Shown in pieces: positions 1 to 11,437 of a stretch of 48,485 nt of DNA; the stretch's first letter is position 1; each line of letters starts with the position of its first letter. The position numbers and the translations under genes are program-made. The notes beneath the pieces are model-generated. The model saw nothing but the letters and a program-made list of their open reading frames with translations, did no database searches and was not told the DNA's origin. Source of the stretch: Octopus bimaculoides (taxonomy: Eukaryota); the NCBI RefSeq assembly GCF_001194135.2, contig NC_069007.1, positions 1,079,679-1,128,163 on the forward strand, written 5' to 3'.

Positions 1-129
1 ATACATACATACATATATATACATACATACATATATATACATACATACATACATATATATACATACATACATACATATATATACATACATACATACATAC
101 ATACATATACATACATACATACACATACA

Positions 130-195
<66 letters not shown>

Positions 196-270
196 CATAC
201 ATACATATATATATATACACTCACACACACACATATATATATATATATGTGTGTGTGTGTAGAGAGAGAG
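1..270. repeat. Compound microsatellite (TACA)n/(TA)n/(CA)n/(GT)n/(GA)n
   Basis: Directly visible. Confidence 0.95.
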
Positions 271-1235
271 AGGTAAAGAGCAAGAGAGAAGAAAGGAGAG
301 AAATTGAAAAATGTGATAGCAAGTAATTTAGCTGGAGCTAACAGTGTCATTAATCAGCGTAATTAATTAAATAACGCTAAGTGTTGTATATCTTATGTAG
401 ATCGCCTAATGCAGGATCTCCAGAGGCAGGAATTTCACGAAGTGATTTTGGTTTTTAATTTTAGATATATGAATGAATGAATTAAGATTTAAAAAACGAC
501 CAAAAAAAAAAAAAAAAAAAAAAAANNNNNNNNNNNNNNNNNNNNNNNNNNNNNNNNNNNNNNNNNNNNNNNNNNNNNNNNNNNNNNNNNNNNNNNNNNN
601 NNNNNNNNNNNNNNNNNNNNNNNNNNNNNNNNNNNNNNNNNNNNNNNNNNNNNNNNNNNNNNNNNNNNNNNNNNNNNNNNNNNNNNNNNNNNNNNNNNNN
701 NNNNNNNNNNNNNNNNNNNNNNNNNNNNNNNNNNNNNNNNNNNNNNNNNNNNNNNNNNNNNNNNNNNNNNNNNNNNNNNNNNNNNNNNNNNNNNNNNNNN
801 NNNNNNNNNNNNNNNNNNNNNNNNNNNNNNNNNNNNNNNNNNNNNNNNNNNNNNNNNNNNNNNNNNNNNNNNNNNNNNNNNNNNNNNNNNNNNNNNNNNN
901 NNNNNNNNNNNNNNNNNNNNNNNNNNNNNNNNNNNNNNNNNNNNNNNNNNNNNNNNNNNNNNNNNNNNNNNNNNNNNNNNNNNNNNNNNNNNNNNNNNNN
1001 NNNNNNNNNNNNNNNNNNNNNNNNNNNNNNNNNNNNNNNNNNNNNNNNNNNNNNNNNNNNNNNNNNNNNNNNNNNNNNNNNNNNNNAGGTTACTGTCAAT
1101 CCCTATATATTTATGATTATAAATGTTTTTTACCGAAAAGGTTTTTTCATACTGAGCTACCCGGCAAAATTGTTAATTATTAATTTTATTACTAATTGAC
1201 GATTCCCTGCCCTGCATATCTATATTTTAATATAC

Positions 1236-1270
<35 letters not shown>

Positions 1271-1419
1271 TGAATTATTACTTTTAAATCTCTGAACGAG
1301 AATTTAAAATAAAGATTATTTGCCAACATAATGTGACAGTCCTGGTTATTTTAACTCCATGACGATGTTTTCTGGGGCTAAATGACAGAGTCACTTTTGT
1401 GCCTACGCACAAGCACACA

Positions 1420-1690
1420 TAAATGAGAGTGAGGGCTCCGCTTTGGTCATGAAGGACCACCTAAAATGTTCCTTTTGTCCGAGGTGCAAGTCCGGGCAAA
1501 GTTGATGGTGGAAGACAAGCAGTCAACTCCCCTCTCCGCACCACCGATGTTATCCAAGGGAAAGGCTAAGGGGCTGATGCAAGTGGAGCAACATGAAATA
1601 AAGTGCCTTTTGCTCAAGAACACAACACACAGCTTGGTCCAGTAATCGGACGCTTGATTGTGAGCCCAACGCTCTAAACCCTGAGCCACG
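1420..1690 (-). mobile_element. SINE family C (tRNA-headed, TTGAGCAAGACACTT-type central motif), degraded
   Basis: Reverse complement reads cgtggctcagggtttagagcgttgggctcacaatc...gtgttgtgttcttgagcaaaaggcactttatttcatgttgctcc. It shares this block with the copy at 16965-17270. Confidence 0.7.
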
Positions 1691-1740
1691 TTGGAAGTAG
1701 TGTATATCATCAAGATATACCAGTGAGAAATGGCTGGATA

Positions 1741-1960
1741 TTTATTGGTTTCAAAGTTTAGCACAACGCCAGCAGTTTTGTGGCAGGAGTTAAGTCGATC
1801 ACATCGACCCCAGTGCTCAACTGGGACTTATTTTTTTGACACCGGAAGGATGAAAGGCAGAGACGACCTTCGGGGATTTTGAATTAAGAGCTTAAGAACA
1901 CACGAAATACTGCTAAGCATTTTGGCCGACGTGTTAAGTTTTCTCCCTGCTTACAGCCTT
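1741..1960 (-). mobile_element. SINE family A, degraded
   Basis: atcgaccccagtgctcaactgggactta...ggatgaaaggcagagacgacc...aaatactgctaagcattt matches the reverse complement of the family A copies at 6076, 6319 and 29698. Confidence 0.85.
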
Positions 1961-2069
1961 AGATTTATACTTTGTTAAAGTTCATTTAATAAGAGACATT
2001 ATCTTCATATTATATACTATATAACATGAGATATATATAAGATATATGACACACACACACGTATATATA

Positions 2070-2138
2070 GGTGTTGTTGGACTGAACCCGGAGTCATGTG
2101 GTTCGTAAGCAAGCTACTTACAACACAGAAACGCCTGT
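2070..2138 (-). mobile_element. SINE family B head fragment
   Basis: ggactgaacccggagtcatgtggttcgtaagcaagctacttacaacacag is the reverse complement of the family B head seen at 46132. Confidence 0.75.
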
Positions 2139-2366
2139 ATATTTATTTACGCACACACATAAAAATTCATATGTGGTTCGTTTATAAAATCGGTGTGATT
2201 TACAAAGAAATAGTCAAACATGTTTGAGATGATCTTTCATCGTATATTCCGAAATAACGATGTTAAATCTAATTTTTAAGTGTATTTTCACGATTTTATA
2301 AAATTTTCATAAACCTATCTCGAGAATTCATAACGAAAACAGCGATAATTTCTGCTCATGTTGTAG

Positions 2367-2417
2367 GATGCTAGAACTACAGAAGATACACGATAAAAAC
2401 ATCTCAGAAAAATATGC
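2367..2417 (+). CDS. Candidate 51-nt internal exon (MLELQKIHDKNISEKYA), gene unknown
   Basis: Acceptor tttctgctcatgttgtag|G, donor GC|gtaagt, and only one open frame. No homology recognised. Confidence 0.2.
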
Positions 2418-2609
2418 GTAAGTGTTCATTTTTTTTTAAATATTGAACTTTTTTTAATCGATAAAATTGTACAAGTTTGTTTTCAAGTTGAGCAAAAACC
2501 TGAAAAAGAAATTCCAAAAATCTCTCAAGTGCAATTTATCGGAAATAAAATTTAGTTCATATTGCACATGTTGTGATGCATATATTTCTCACCATTGTTT
2601 TGATCTTGT

Positions 2610-2617
2610 ACACACAC

Positions 2618-2655
<38 letters not shown>

Positions 2656-2837
2656 TGTATATATATGTATATACATATATATATATGTATATACATATAT
2701 ATATATATATATGTATATACATATATATATATATATGTATATACATATATATATATATATATATATACATACATATATACATACACATTTACACGCACAC
2801 GTATATATGTATATGTATAGACATATACATATATATG

Positions 2838-2876
<39 letters not shown>

Positions 2877-2955
2877 AAACATGTATATGTATATAATTTA
2901 GAATGTTATATTACAAGAAATTATATATTTACATGTGTGTGTGTGTGTGTGTGAG
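2610..2955. repeat. Compound (TA)n/(TATG)/(GT)n microsatellite
   Basis: Directly visible. Confidence 0.95.
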
Positions 2956-3186
2956 TATAAACAATTATTTGCCTATCTATGTGTATGCAGATGTCTGTGT
3001 GTGTACGTGTTGAAGCAGAATTAGCGACAAAAACAACAATTAAAAACCGTTAAAGCAAATTGTATCTCATTTAGTTGACGCTCAACAATTTTGAGCGTTG
3101 TAGAAGTGTTTCGTATTTCGAATTTCACTAAGGTCATCTTTGGAATGATGAAAGGGAAGCGAAAGATGAAAAAGCGACAACATAAT

Positions 3187-3352
3187 ACAGACCTGTGGCT
3201 GTGTAGTAAGAAGCTTCATTTCTAACGACATGGTTCCGGTTTCAGTCACAATGCGGGGTACCTTGAACAAGTGCTTTTTACTATAACCCCAAGCCGACTA
3301 AATCCTTGCGAGTGGATTTGGTCGAGAAAAACTAAAAGAAGCCCATCGTAAA
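3187..3352 (+). mobile_element. SINE family B head
   Basis: gtggctgtgtagtaagaagctt...atggttccggtttcagtc...accttgaacaagtgc...gagtggatttgg...aagaagccc, matching copies at 12400, 14113 and 46132. Confidence 0.85.
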
Positions 3353-3354
3353 TA

Positions 3355-3782
3355 CAGGGTGTAATGGGTAAATTGCTACCATTTTATGTTTTTAATTGTG
3401 CATTGTTTGTTTATGATCTTGTTGACAACATAGTATAGTAAGGTCAAATGGTCAGCGTCTGCGAGAAATACAGTACCATGGCACAGTTCATTCTGCCAGA
3501 AATTTGGAAATAATATGCTGTGGTGCTTCGCATTTGCACTGGAAGCTCAATTACAAACATTTCAGAGTGTTTGGCTGTCAATCTAAGGAAAGTACAATCT
3601 GAGGACATGTATCGAGAGTGTTGAAAATCAAACGTCAAGTCAACATCATGGTGTTTGGAGACATTATGCCTCCATTCATTTTCCCACACGGTCTCAGACT
3701 GAACACGGGGGCCTACATCAAGTGCCTACAGGAGGTAGTGCTGCCCTGGGTCAAGAGAGTGGGTTCTGGATGACCCTATGTC
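3355..3782 (+). mobile_element. Internally deleted, 3'-truncated Tc1/mariner DNA transposon
   Basis: Starts TA|CAGGGTGT (TA target plus TIR-like start) and contains transposase remnants. No right TIR is present. Confidence 0.8.
3478..3782 (+). pseudogene. Tc1/mariner transposase remnant (resembles the DD37D maT-like group)
   Basis: 3478-3600 reads MAQFILPEIWK*YAVVLRICTGSSITNISECLAVNLRKVQ (HTH-like N-terminus). In another frame, 3621-3782 reads LKIKRQVNIMVFGDIMPPFIFPHGLRLNTGAYIKCLQEVVLPWVKRVGSG*PYV, the segment that precedes the xQQDxAP motif of ITm DDE domains. Stops and a frame change are present. Confidence 0.8.
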
Positions 3783-3905
3783 TCCGTAACTTAGTGGTTC
3801 GGCAAAAGATCCCAAATATAACAAGAACTAGGCTTACAAAGAAGTTCAGGGGTCGATTTGTTCGACTAAAGGCAGTGCTGCAGCAGGGCCACAGACAGTC
3901 TGACT
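3783..3905 (+). mobile_element. SINE family B 3' tail
   Basis: ccgtaacttagtggttcggcaaaag...actaggcttacaaagaag...ggggtcgatttgttcgactaaaggcagtgctgcagcagggcc matches the tails at 21385-21505 and 36110-36248. Confidence 0.85.
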
Positions 3906-3911
3906 CAGACA

Positions 3912-4138
3912 TGTCCGGTAAATTCATCGTCATGGGTTCACCGCAGGGTAAGTTCAATGAGGAATGCACTGCATATTTCTGTCTTCAATAAAATAGTTTT
4001 TATCTATTAATGCGGTGATTTTAACTATTAATGGGGAGATTCTAAGGAGATATTTTCTTGGTAGACTTTCTCCACGGAGAATTTGATGGCGGTGAACTCT
4101 CCTGCGATGAATTGATGGTGGTGCACTTCCCTGTAAAC
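3912..4138. mobile_element. Putative degraded MITE with ~45-bp TIRs built of ~15-bp subrepeats
   Basis: Left ccggtaaattcatcgtcatgggttcaccgcagggtaagttca resembles the reverse complement of the right end, cagggaagtgcaccaccatcaattcatcgcaggagagttca. Confidence 0.45.
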
Positions 4139-4496
4139 GACAGAGCAAGGGTACATGACGAATTTGGCATAAACACACACCGACACCTGGCCCACACGCA
4201 AACACTTACCTCATTGCACACCCCAAAAAATCACGTCGTCAATTGCGCGTTGTCAAGAATAGCATGTTATTTGATCTAAGCAATATACAGATCGCTAAGA
4301 GTTATTTAATTAGTTTCACTGATTAATTGGATTGTATCCGTATTTGTGAGTGTGGAGGTATGCTTCTATAAATATTTGTTATAATTACGTATATCTAATA
4401 TGTAAATCAATATGTATGCGTGCGTGTGTGTGTTCAGCATGTTTCTATGTCTCTCTCACCATACCTAAGCGTATAGAGTCTATTCATATATTTTTC

Positions 4497-4516
4497 CATC
4501 TATCTATCTATCTATC

Positions 4517-4594
<78 letters not shown>

Positions 4595-4616
4595 TATATG
4601 TGCATACACTTGCACA

Positions 4617-4663
<47 letters not shown>

Positions 4664-4790
4664 GCCTATATGTATGTTTATGCATATACACAGATATGTA
4701 TGCATATATGCATCTATAAATAAACACAGACGCACACACATGCAGAGACACTCACATATACGCACATACACCTACACACAGACACACATA
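4497..4790. repeat. (CTAT)n/(TA)n/(CA)n microsatellite block
   Basis: Directly visible. Confidence 0.95.
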
Positions 4791-5160
4791 GATATCCAAT
4801 CAGAAGATGGACAATAATTAATTAAGAACACAATGGAGAATATAGCAACCGCCGCGTTTCTAACAGCCGTACAATTATCCCCATACATATAAACACACGC
4901 ATACATAGATATGCAGCTCTTATATCGCACATACGTACGCGTGTGAATATTTTTGTATGCACAGCAGCAATATGTAAAGATAGACGAAACCCTGAAAAGA
5001 TAAGTGTGGATAATTTCTCAATCTCTCGTTCTCTGTAATTTTACGAGTCAATTTCTTTTTTTAAAATTTTCATTTGGCTTCTATTGTATTATATTGTAGA
5101 ATGCATTACGCATTGTATAACACATTGTGTATATGTATTTATATATATGTATATATATAT

Positions 5161-5196
<36 letters not shown>

Positions 5197-5501
5197 CATA
5201 TATATATACATATATAAATTTGTATATGCGTTAAATTGATTTTCTTATCCCAATCTGCAGTAGCGATATGTATTAGATTATATTTCTCTATATTTTTATT
5301 AATTTATGTAGTTTTCTTCAGATTTTCTGCTTCAGTGTTTTTATCGATAATGTGGATAATTATACATGCTTAATTCGCCGTTTTTATTTGCTGTTTCTTT
5401 TTTTCTTTAAATCCATTTTATAATGTTGTTGAAATACGTTAATTTTTCAAATGATCTTCTGATGATATACTTATTAAAAAAAAACGTGGAAAAGAATGAT
5501 G

Positions 5502-5502
<1 letters not shown>

Positions 5503-5544
<42 letters not shown>

Positions 5545-5607
5545 CAACAGCAACAACACCAATAACGAAAGCGACAACAACATTAATAATAATTATAATA
5601 ATAATAC
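5503..5607. repeat. (AAT)n/(AAC)n trinucleotide repeat
   Basis: Directly visible; it is the source of the poly-N ORF 5423..5674. Confidence 0.95.
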
Positions 5608-5871
5608 AACACTTATTAGAGACGACTACAAGGATTTAAGTAAATTTGTTGCTAATACACATTACAATCTGTGATTGTAATGTGGGAGAGAGTGAATAAG
5701 AGGGGGAAGAGAAGAGAGATCGGAGAGAAAGACAGGAGAAAGGAACACAGAAATTTGAAGAGAGCTAGATACGGAAAGTAACTTGAAATATAATATGGAC
5801 AAGGAAAAACACGTAACACAAGTCTGATTGCCTTCAATCTGAACGATTTTGAAACCTACTAAATATTTCAG

Positions 5872-5974
5872 GTCGTATTTATTGCACCTTGAGATTATTG
5901 AGAAGCAATTAGCGATCATTGCCTCCGTCATCTCTATCATTATATTTTCTGATTCATCAGAAGCTCCTCAATGA
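5872..5974 (+). CDS. Candidate terminal exon (SYLLHLEIIEKQLAIIASVISIIIFSDSSEAPQ*)
   Basis: Acceptor ctactaaatatttcag|G. The phase-2 frame is open to TGA at 5972-5974 and includes a hydrophobic stretch. No homology recognised. Confidence 0.15.
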
Positions 5975-6075
5975 GAAACCGCTTCTTTTTTCCGAACAAA
6001 GGCTATCATGTGTATTCTGATTGATCCCTAATTCGACATTTAAGCTATTCGATTAATTTTCGTGTATTATTAGAC

Positions 6076-6298
6076 GGCGGCAAGGTGGTAGAGTCGTAAT
6101 CATGCTTGGTAAAAATAAGGTAGCGACATTTCGTCTGTCTTCATGTTCTGAATTCAAATTTCGCAGCGGTCGACTTTGCCTTTCATCCTTTAGAGGTCAA
6201 TAAATTCAGTACCAATGGAACACTAGGGTCAACGTAAACGACTAGTCCCCTTACGTCAAATATCAGGCCTTGTGCCTTTAGGAAAAAGGATTATTATA
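6076..6298 (+). mobile_element. SINE family A, full length, diverged
   Basis: tRNA-like head (A-box-like ggtggtagagtcg, B-box-like gaattcaaatt), body gtcgactttgcctttcatcc, tail ggccttgtgcc...ggattattat. Confidence 0.9.
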
Positions 6299-6318
6299 AT
6301 TATGGTTGCTGTTACTAA

Positions 6319-6559
6319 GGTGGTGAAGTGGCAGAAAAGTTAGCACGCCGGGCGAAATGTTTAGCGGTATATCGTCTGTTTTTATGTTCTGAGTTCAAAT
6401 TCTGCCGATGTCAACTTTACCTTTCGTCTTTTCATATTCGATAAATTAAGTACCAGTTCCATACTAGGGTTGATGCGACTGATTGTCCTCCCCCCCCCAC
6501 AAAAAATCAGGCCTTGTGCCTATAGTAGAAAGGATTATTATTATTATTATTATTATTAT
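6319..6559 (+). mobile_element. SINE family A, full length, with (ATT)n tail
   Basis: gtggcagaaaagttagcacgccgggcgaaatg...gagttcaaattctgccg...ggccttgtgcctatagtagaaaggattattatt. Lies in tandem with the 6076 copy. Confidence 0.92.
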
Positions 6560-9537
6560 CCAGTAGTTTTATTTTTATTGCGTGCTTTCACTTCACTACC
6601 GAGCGCAGCTCTGTGTGCCTTGGGTATGTGCTGTGGTTTGCTGTGATGCTCTTATGGTTACTGTATTGAAAGTGTTTTGCTTAGGATGTGTGCAGTGCCC
6701 AGTAGTGCATATTATTATTATTATTATTATTATGAATATTATTATCAGAATACATAGTGATATGTTTATCAATATTACTCCGTAAAATATATCACTGTAT
6801 AAATATAAATACCTATTTACATGGATAGAGAGATTGAGAGTCTACACACGAACATACACACACACACATACATACATGCCGTTATTCCTTTTCATATATG
6901 TTTATGGTTTTGTTTCTATTATATTTACAGATGGCTTTCAATCCATGGCAACATTTCTTTGTGAAACTGACTCATGCTTTTATTTTCCCTTCATATCTAT
7001 GCCAACATAGGCTTGAATCTTCACTTACACAAACAGCCACACGGTTATATGCATAGATACATGCATGCTTGTATGTAGGTACGACTAGTGTGTCTACCTG
7101 TCTGTCTTCAGTTTCTGTGTGTGTATGTATGAATGAATGAATGCTTGGAAGTATATGTGTGTAGACACGACACAGCCATCAACATAGAAGAAGCCATTGG
7201 TAAACACGTAAGGTCAGCAATCAAACTTCAAACAAAAAAGCTCGTTGTAAACAGCCTTAAAGATTTGTCAAAATATTTATTCATTTTCAGGTGTGAATAT
7301 CTCACACGACCTACACGCATTAGTATCTGTTGCTGATTATTCTTGTCTGTGATATCACGATATCTCGATATATACCTACGTCGCCAAATGATCACTATTA
7401 AAAAGAAAATCACAAAGAAACCATTTTCTGTGCAGATTTGAAGCGCATAAAAGGAAGAATGATAATTACACGAAAAATATTCTCTAATATGAGATAAATA
7501 GGACCTGGTATAGATGTATAAGTAAAAGTTTTCCTTTGAGTCTTCTTCAATCCTCCTTCATTTTTCGTAAATTTGTAGCTGACGGATGTTGAAATTCTGG
7601 AAATAGAAGGGAAGGCTCCGAAACTTTCAATAAATAATCCCATGATGCCATTCCCCAACAGCTGCATTAAATATGTTAAAACACATAACCTATCAGACAC
7701 CAAAGGGATAAAAATATTGAGAAGGGCGTTAAACCTGTATGGTAACGCAAGCAGGATTAACGCGTATCATCACCAGGTAACGATGCCCGCAACCGTTTTT
7801 GTGAAACCCACCTAATATTACGGCAAAAGTACGTTTTGATAGAATCATCTTACAGATTTCAAGACATTTTATACAAATATTAAACAGAATTTTAAAACAA
7901 CACATCGATGTTCGATATTCTAAAACACATCGATATTTTAAGAGAAAGAAACCCGCGGAAGAAACTCAAAGTTGTGCGTAAGATAGGCACTAATCACACA
8001 GCATCGAGGATAATTATTAGAAAACAAGCGCTTGCACAGTCCATGATATATATTTAAATAGTAAATGATACATCCTCTTCTCTGAGTATGTTTAGTTAGG
8101 TAGCGGAAGTGGCATTGTGTCGCTGACTGTGAGCTGGAATTAACAATTATCGCAGAGACAACTGCGATCGTAAGCTAGTTAAAAACAAAAATATTAAAAA
8201 TCAAGGAGATTTACTGCATTAATGGTGACAAAAACAAGAAAGCTATTTTAACATCGACGTTAATAACAATAATGAAAATAAAAGCATATTAAAATCATTA
8301 ACCAAGACAACAATAACAGCAATAATAGTATAGCGGAATGGAAAACGAATCGGTGGATGGCCGAGAAGACAACACGATGAAGCAGAGAGTAAAATATTTA
8401 GTGGTATGAATGCTATTTAAAGATTATAAACATTCTAAATTTACTTCCAATTTCAAAATGAAATTAAATAAATATATGACAACCGGAAAATAGTAGGGTT
8501 AGTAAATGATTATATTTATTCGGTTTTGGAATAAAATTTTATGTGCTGTCAAGATTTCCAGGAATACACCTCGTTTTACATTTTGATTTAGTTGTGCTTT
8601 TCTATATAACAGAACCCTGTTTGTTTTTAATGAAATCTCTTCTTTAGGAGACTTTAGAATCTGTTGATAACTCATGCCAATTAATGATTCCGATATAAAT
8701 ATTATGGTGAACATTAGGGAATCATTCTTATTTTCAGTTATTCTTTTGGGGATAAAATTAATTGCCAAGAATTTTATGGAAAACGACAAGATTATATGAT
8801 AGGGGCGGACATCGTGAATTAATAAAGTCGTACATCTTTTATTTGAAAAGAGAATTCACTTTATCCATGTTGACATTTGACGTGAAGATGGTGAATTTAT
8901 TTTGACAAAATATTGAATTTCAATAGATGTCGTTAGGCAAGTTTGTAGGATTTTCAATGAGTGGAATCATATACAAAGATAATTTATATTAAGTTTTGGC
9001 ACTTGTTATACACTAATGATATGATAAATTAACTAGAGACTTCCAGCCTTATAATTTGAACAGCTGACGTCAGTGCTCAGATATTCTTATCAAATAACAC
9101 AACATATTCTATCTAAGACTCTTCTATCTCTACCAATTTGCCTGGAGAGGCACTGGCGCCCAGCTGTATCATAGAATAGCTGTATCAACTTACTTCGGTA
9201 CTAAGAGTACTCAAAGACTGAAAAGGTAGCCGGTTCTATGTGTTACGTGAATTAAACAAACAAGGAGTATAGATTTCAGTTTGAAACATAAAAGATTATA
9301 TTTTTATGCTAGGGGATCTGAAGCTTTCGTGGACAGTTCACCTCATCAACCAATGTTGAACTAAAAACAGTTCCTTTACTGATTTTCCAATGCGAAGCAG
9401 TTATTGACATTACAGTTATTATGCATATTGATAAATAACTGACAAAGAAATAGTGGGAATTATTTTGAAAAGTGTCAGTGGAAGTTTCTTTTCTGGATGT
9501 TCTACTGGAGGAGTAAACATTTCGAGGGACAATAGAC

Positions 9538-9663
9538 ATAGAGCTAAATACACATAGAGCTAAATAGATATAGTGCTAAATACACATAGAGCTAAATAGA
9601 TATAGTGCTAAATACACATAGAGCTAAATAGATATAGTGCTAAATACACATAGAGCTAAATAG
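9538..9663. repeat. Minisatellite: 8 x 16-bp monomers organised as a 32-bp dimer
   Basis: Alternating ATAGAGCTAAATAGAT and ATAGTGCTAAATACAC units. Confidence 0.95.
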
Positions 9664-10206
9664 TAGATAGAAGTATATGAAACTAGACAGTATAGTTTAT
9701 GAATCTGAGTGAGATTTCTCATTATTTAGAATGTACAGAAATAATTGGTAGTCGGTGATACGAATTGGTGAATGAAATAAATGAATGAGTAAACACTTCA
9801 GCGCCATCTAGTGAGGAAAAGGTTACTCAGTAATAAAAGTGGGGCTATTGATTATAATATATTAGAAGATCAATCACAAGTAACCGCCACTCTGAGTTTC
9901 TCTAATGCGATCTTAAAAATACCTGTCATATTCCTTCACCCTCCTCTTCCTCCCTTCGGTTACTGTTCCTTCATCTTCTTCTTCTCCTCCTCCTCCTCAT
10001 CCCCTCTTCCTACTTCCTCTTCTTTTAAGCAAAGAATAAAAATCTAAAAGAAACGTATTTAGTTTCCAGTCAAAGCATGCACACACGCACATCCATACAC
10101 ACATACATAAATACACAAGTACACACACACGCATATACATATATGTACATATATACACACGTTCACACACATATATATATTATATATGTGAATATATATT
10201 TGTATG

Positions 10207-10237
<31 letters not shown>

Positions 10238-10664
10238 ATGGGTGTGTGTGTGAATATATATGTGAATATATATACACACACAACAACACGCACATACACA
10301 GATACAAACATATATATGTGTGTATATGTAGAAATATTCATACCTACCTACCTACCTCCCTACCTATACATACTTACATACATACATACATTTAGAACAG
10401 TTTCAACAAGAGGGAATTAGGAAAATAGTTTTAAACACCGTTTTATTAGTACCTCTCAAATGAAAATGGCTGAAATTTCAACTCAGGGGAAATACAAAAT
10501 TTACGGCCTTCGGTATCGCGTCATTTTGTAGTCTCGTATTTTTTGAAAGCTTAAGAAGAATAAGTAGATCAATCTAGAATATAGAAATGTAAAATAAATA
10601 AACAAAAAGAATAGTAATAATGATCACGAGAAACCAACCTAAAAGACAGAAAGGTATTCTTGGC

Positions 10665-10810
10665 ATTTAAAAATGGCAGCCAAATATTCGTACAATCAAA
10701 TCTTATCGTGTTAAACAAGGGAAGGAGACATCCGGTAATATAGTCTTAGATGCATTGAGAAAGCTGGTTTATGATTGGAATGATTTTCATGGACAGTAAG
10801 CTTAATTAAT
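10665..10810 (+). mobile_element. Unclassified interspersed repeat (family D), degraded
   Basis: gcagccaaat...ggaaggagacatccggtaatatagtcttagatgc...ggtttatgattggaatg loosely matches 24235-24425 and 21840-21890. Recognition is partly from recall of octopus repeats. Confidence 0.4.
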
Positions 10811-10831
10811 ATAAAATTTTATACCATAACA

Positions 10832-11049
10832 TTATTGGTTTCACATTTGTACACAAGGCCAGTGATTTTGGAGGAGAGGGTAAATCATTTACATCGACAC
10901 CAGTGTCCAACTGGTACTTAATTTATCGACCTTGAAAGGATGACAGGCAAAGTCGACCCCGGCAGAATTTAAACTCAGAACGTAGAGACGGACGAAATAC
11001 CGTTAAGCTTTTCGTTCGTCATGCGAACGATTCTTGCTGCTCGGCGCCT
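10832..11049 (-). mobile_element. SINE family A, full length
   Basis: ctggtacttaatttatcgaccttgaaaggatgacaggcaaagtcgaccccggcagaatttaaactcagaacg...ctcggcgcct. Confidence 0.92.
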
Positions 11050-11211
11050 CAATCAACAACATTATGAGCTAACAACACTAAGTAAAATAAGAGCAGAAAA
11101 AAGCATTATCAGTAGAAACCTCATTATTAAAGAAAAATAACGAAAGCAACTTTAACAGCTGCATCATTAGCAGAAGAGCAACAAAATGAACAACTGTTTT
11201 ATAAACATCAA

Positions 11212-11413
11212 TATTCTTTTCTATTCAAGGCACAAGGCCTGAAATTTCTGAGGAGGGAGACAGTCGATTAGATCGACCCCAGTGTTCCATTGGTACTGAA
11301 TTTATCGGCCCTGAATGGATGAAAGGCGGAATTTGAACTCAGAACGGTGAGATAGACGAAATACCGCTATGCATTTCGTCCGGTGTGCTAACGATTCTGC
11401 CAGCTTGCTACCT
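11212..11413 (-). mobile_element. SINE family A with a small internal deletion
   Basis: ggcacaaggcctgaaatt...gatcgaccccagtg...gaatttgaactcagaacg...gtgctaacgattctgccagc. Confidence 0.92.
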
Positions 11414-11437
11414 TATGAACGTCAGTATTAAAACTCC

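Noticed and set aside
3078-3098. Short perfect hairpins (acgctcaa/ttgagcgt; also atcgcag/ctgcgat at 8149-8168)
   Set aside because: Stems of 7-8 bp are expected by chance in 48 kb; no supporting context.
4131-4209. Neat ~79-nt GT-AG intron-like stretch on the minus strand
   Set aside because: The upstream exon has stops in all frames, the joined ORF is only 35 aa, and the acceptor overlaps the putative MITE end.
6076-6170. tRNA-like A/B boxes here and in other SINE heads
   Set aside because: No complete cloverleaf; each continues into a SINE body, so they are not tRNA genes.
7578-7745. Plus-strand open frame after a good acceptor (LTDVEILEIEGKAPKLSINNPMMPFP...), overlapping an open minus-strand frame
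   Set aside because: Both strands are open, there is no recognisable motif or clear donor, and I cannot tell it from chance.
9538-9663. Regular repeat considered as a CRISPR array
   Set aside because: No unique spacers, eukaryotic context, no cas genes.
10671-10796. Apparent exon KWQPNIRT...DALRKLVYDWNDFHG with a gtaagc donor
   Set aside because: Coincides with a family D interspersed repeat and has no good acceptor.
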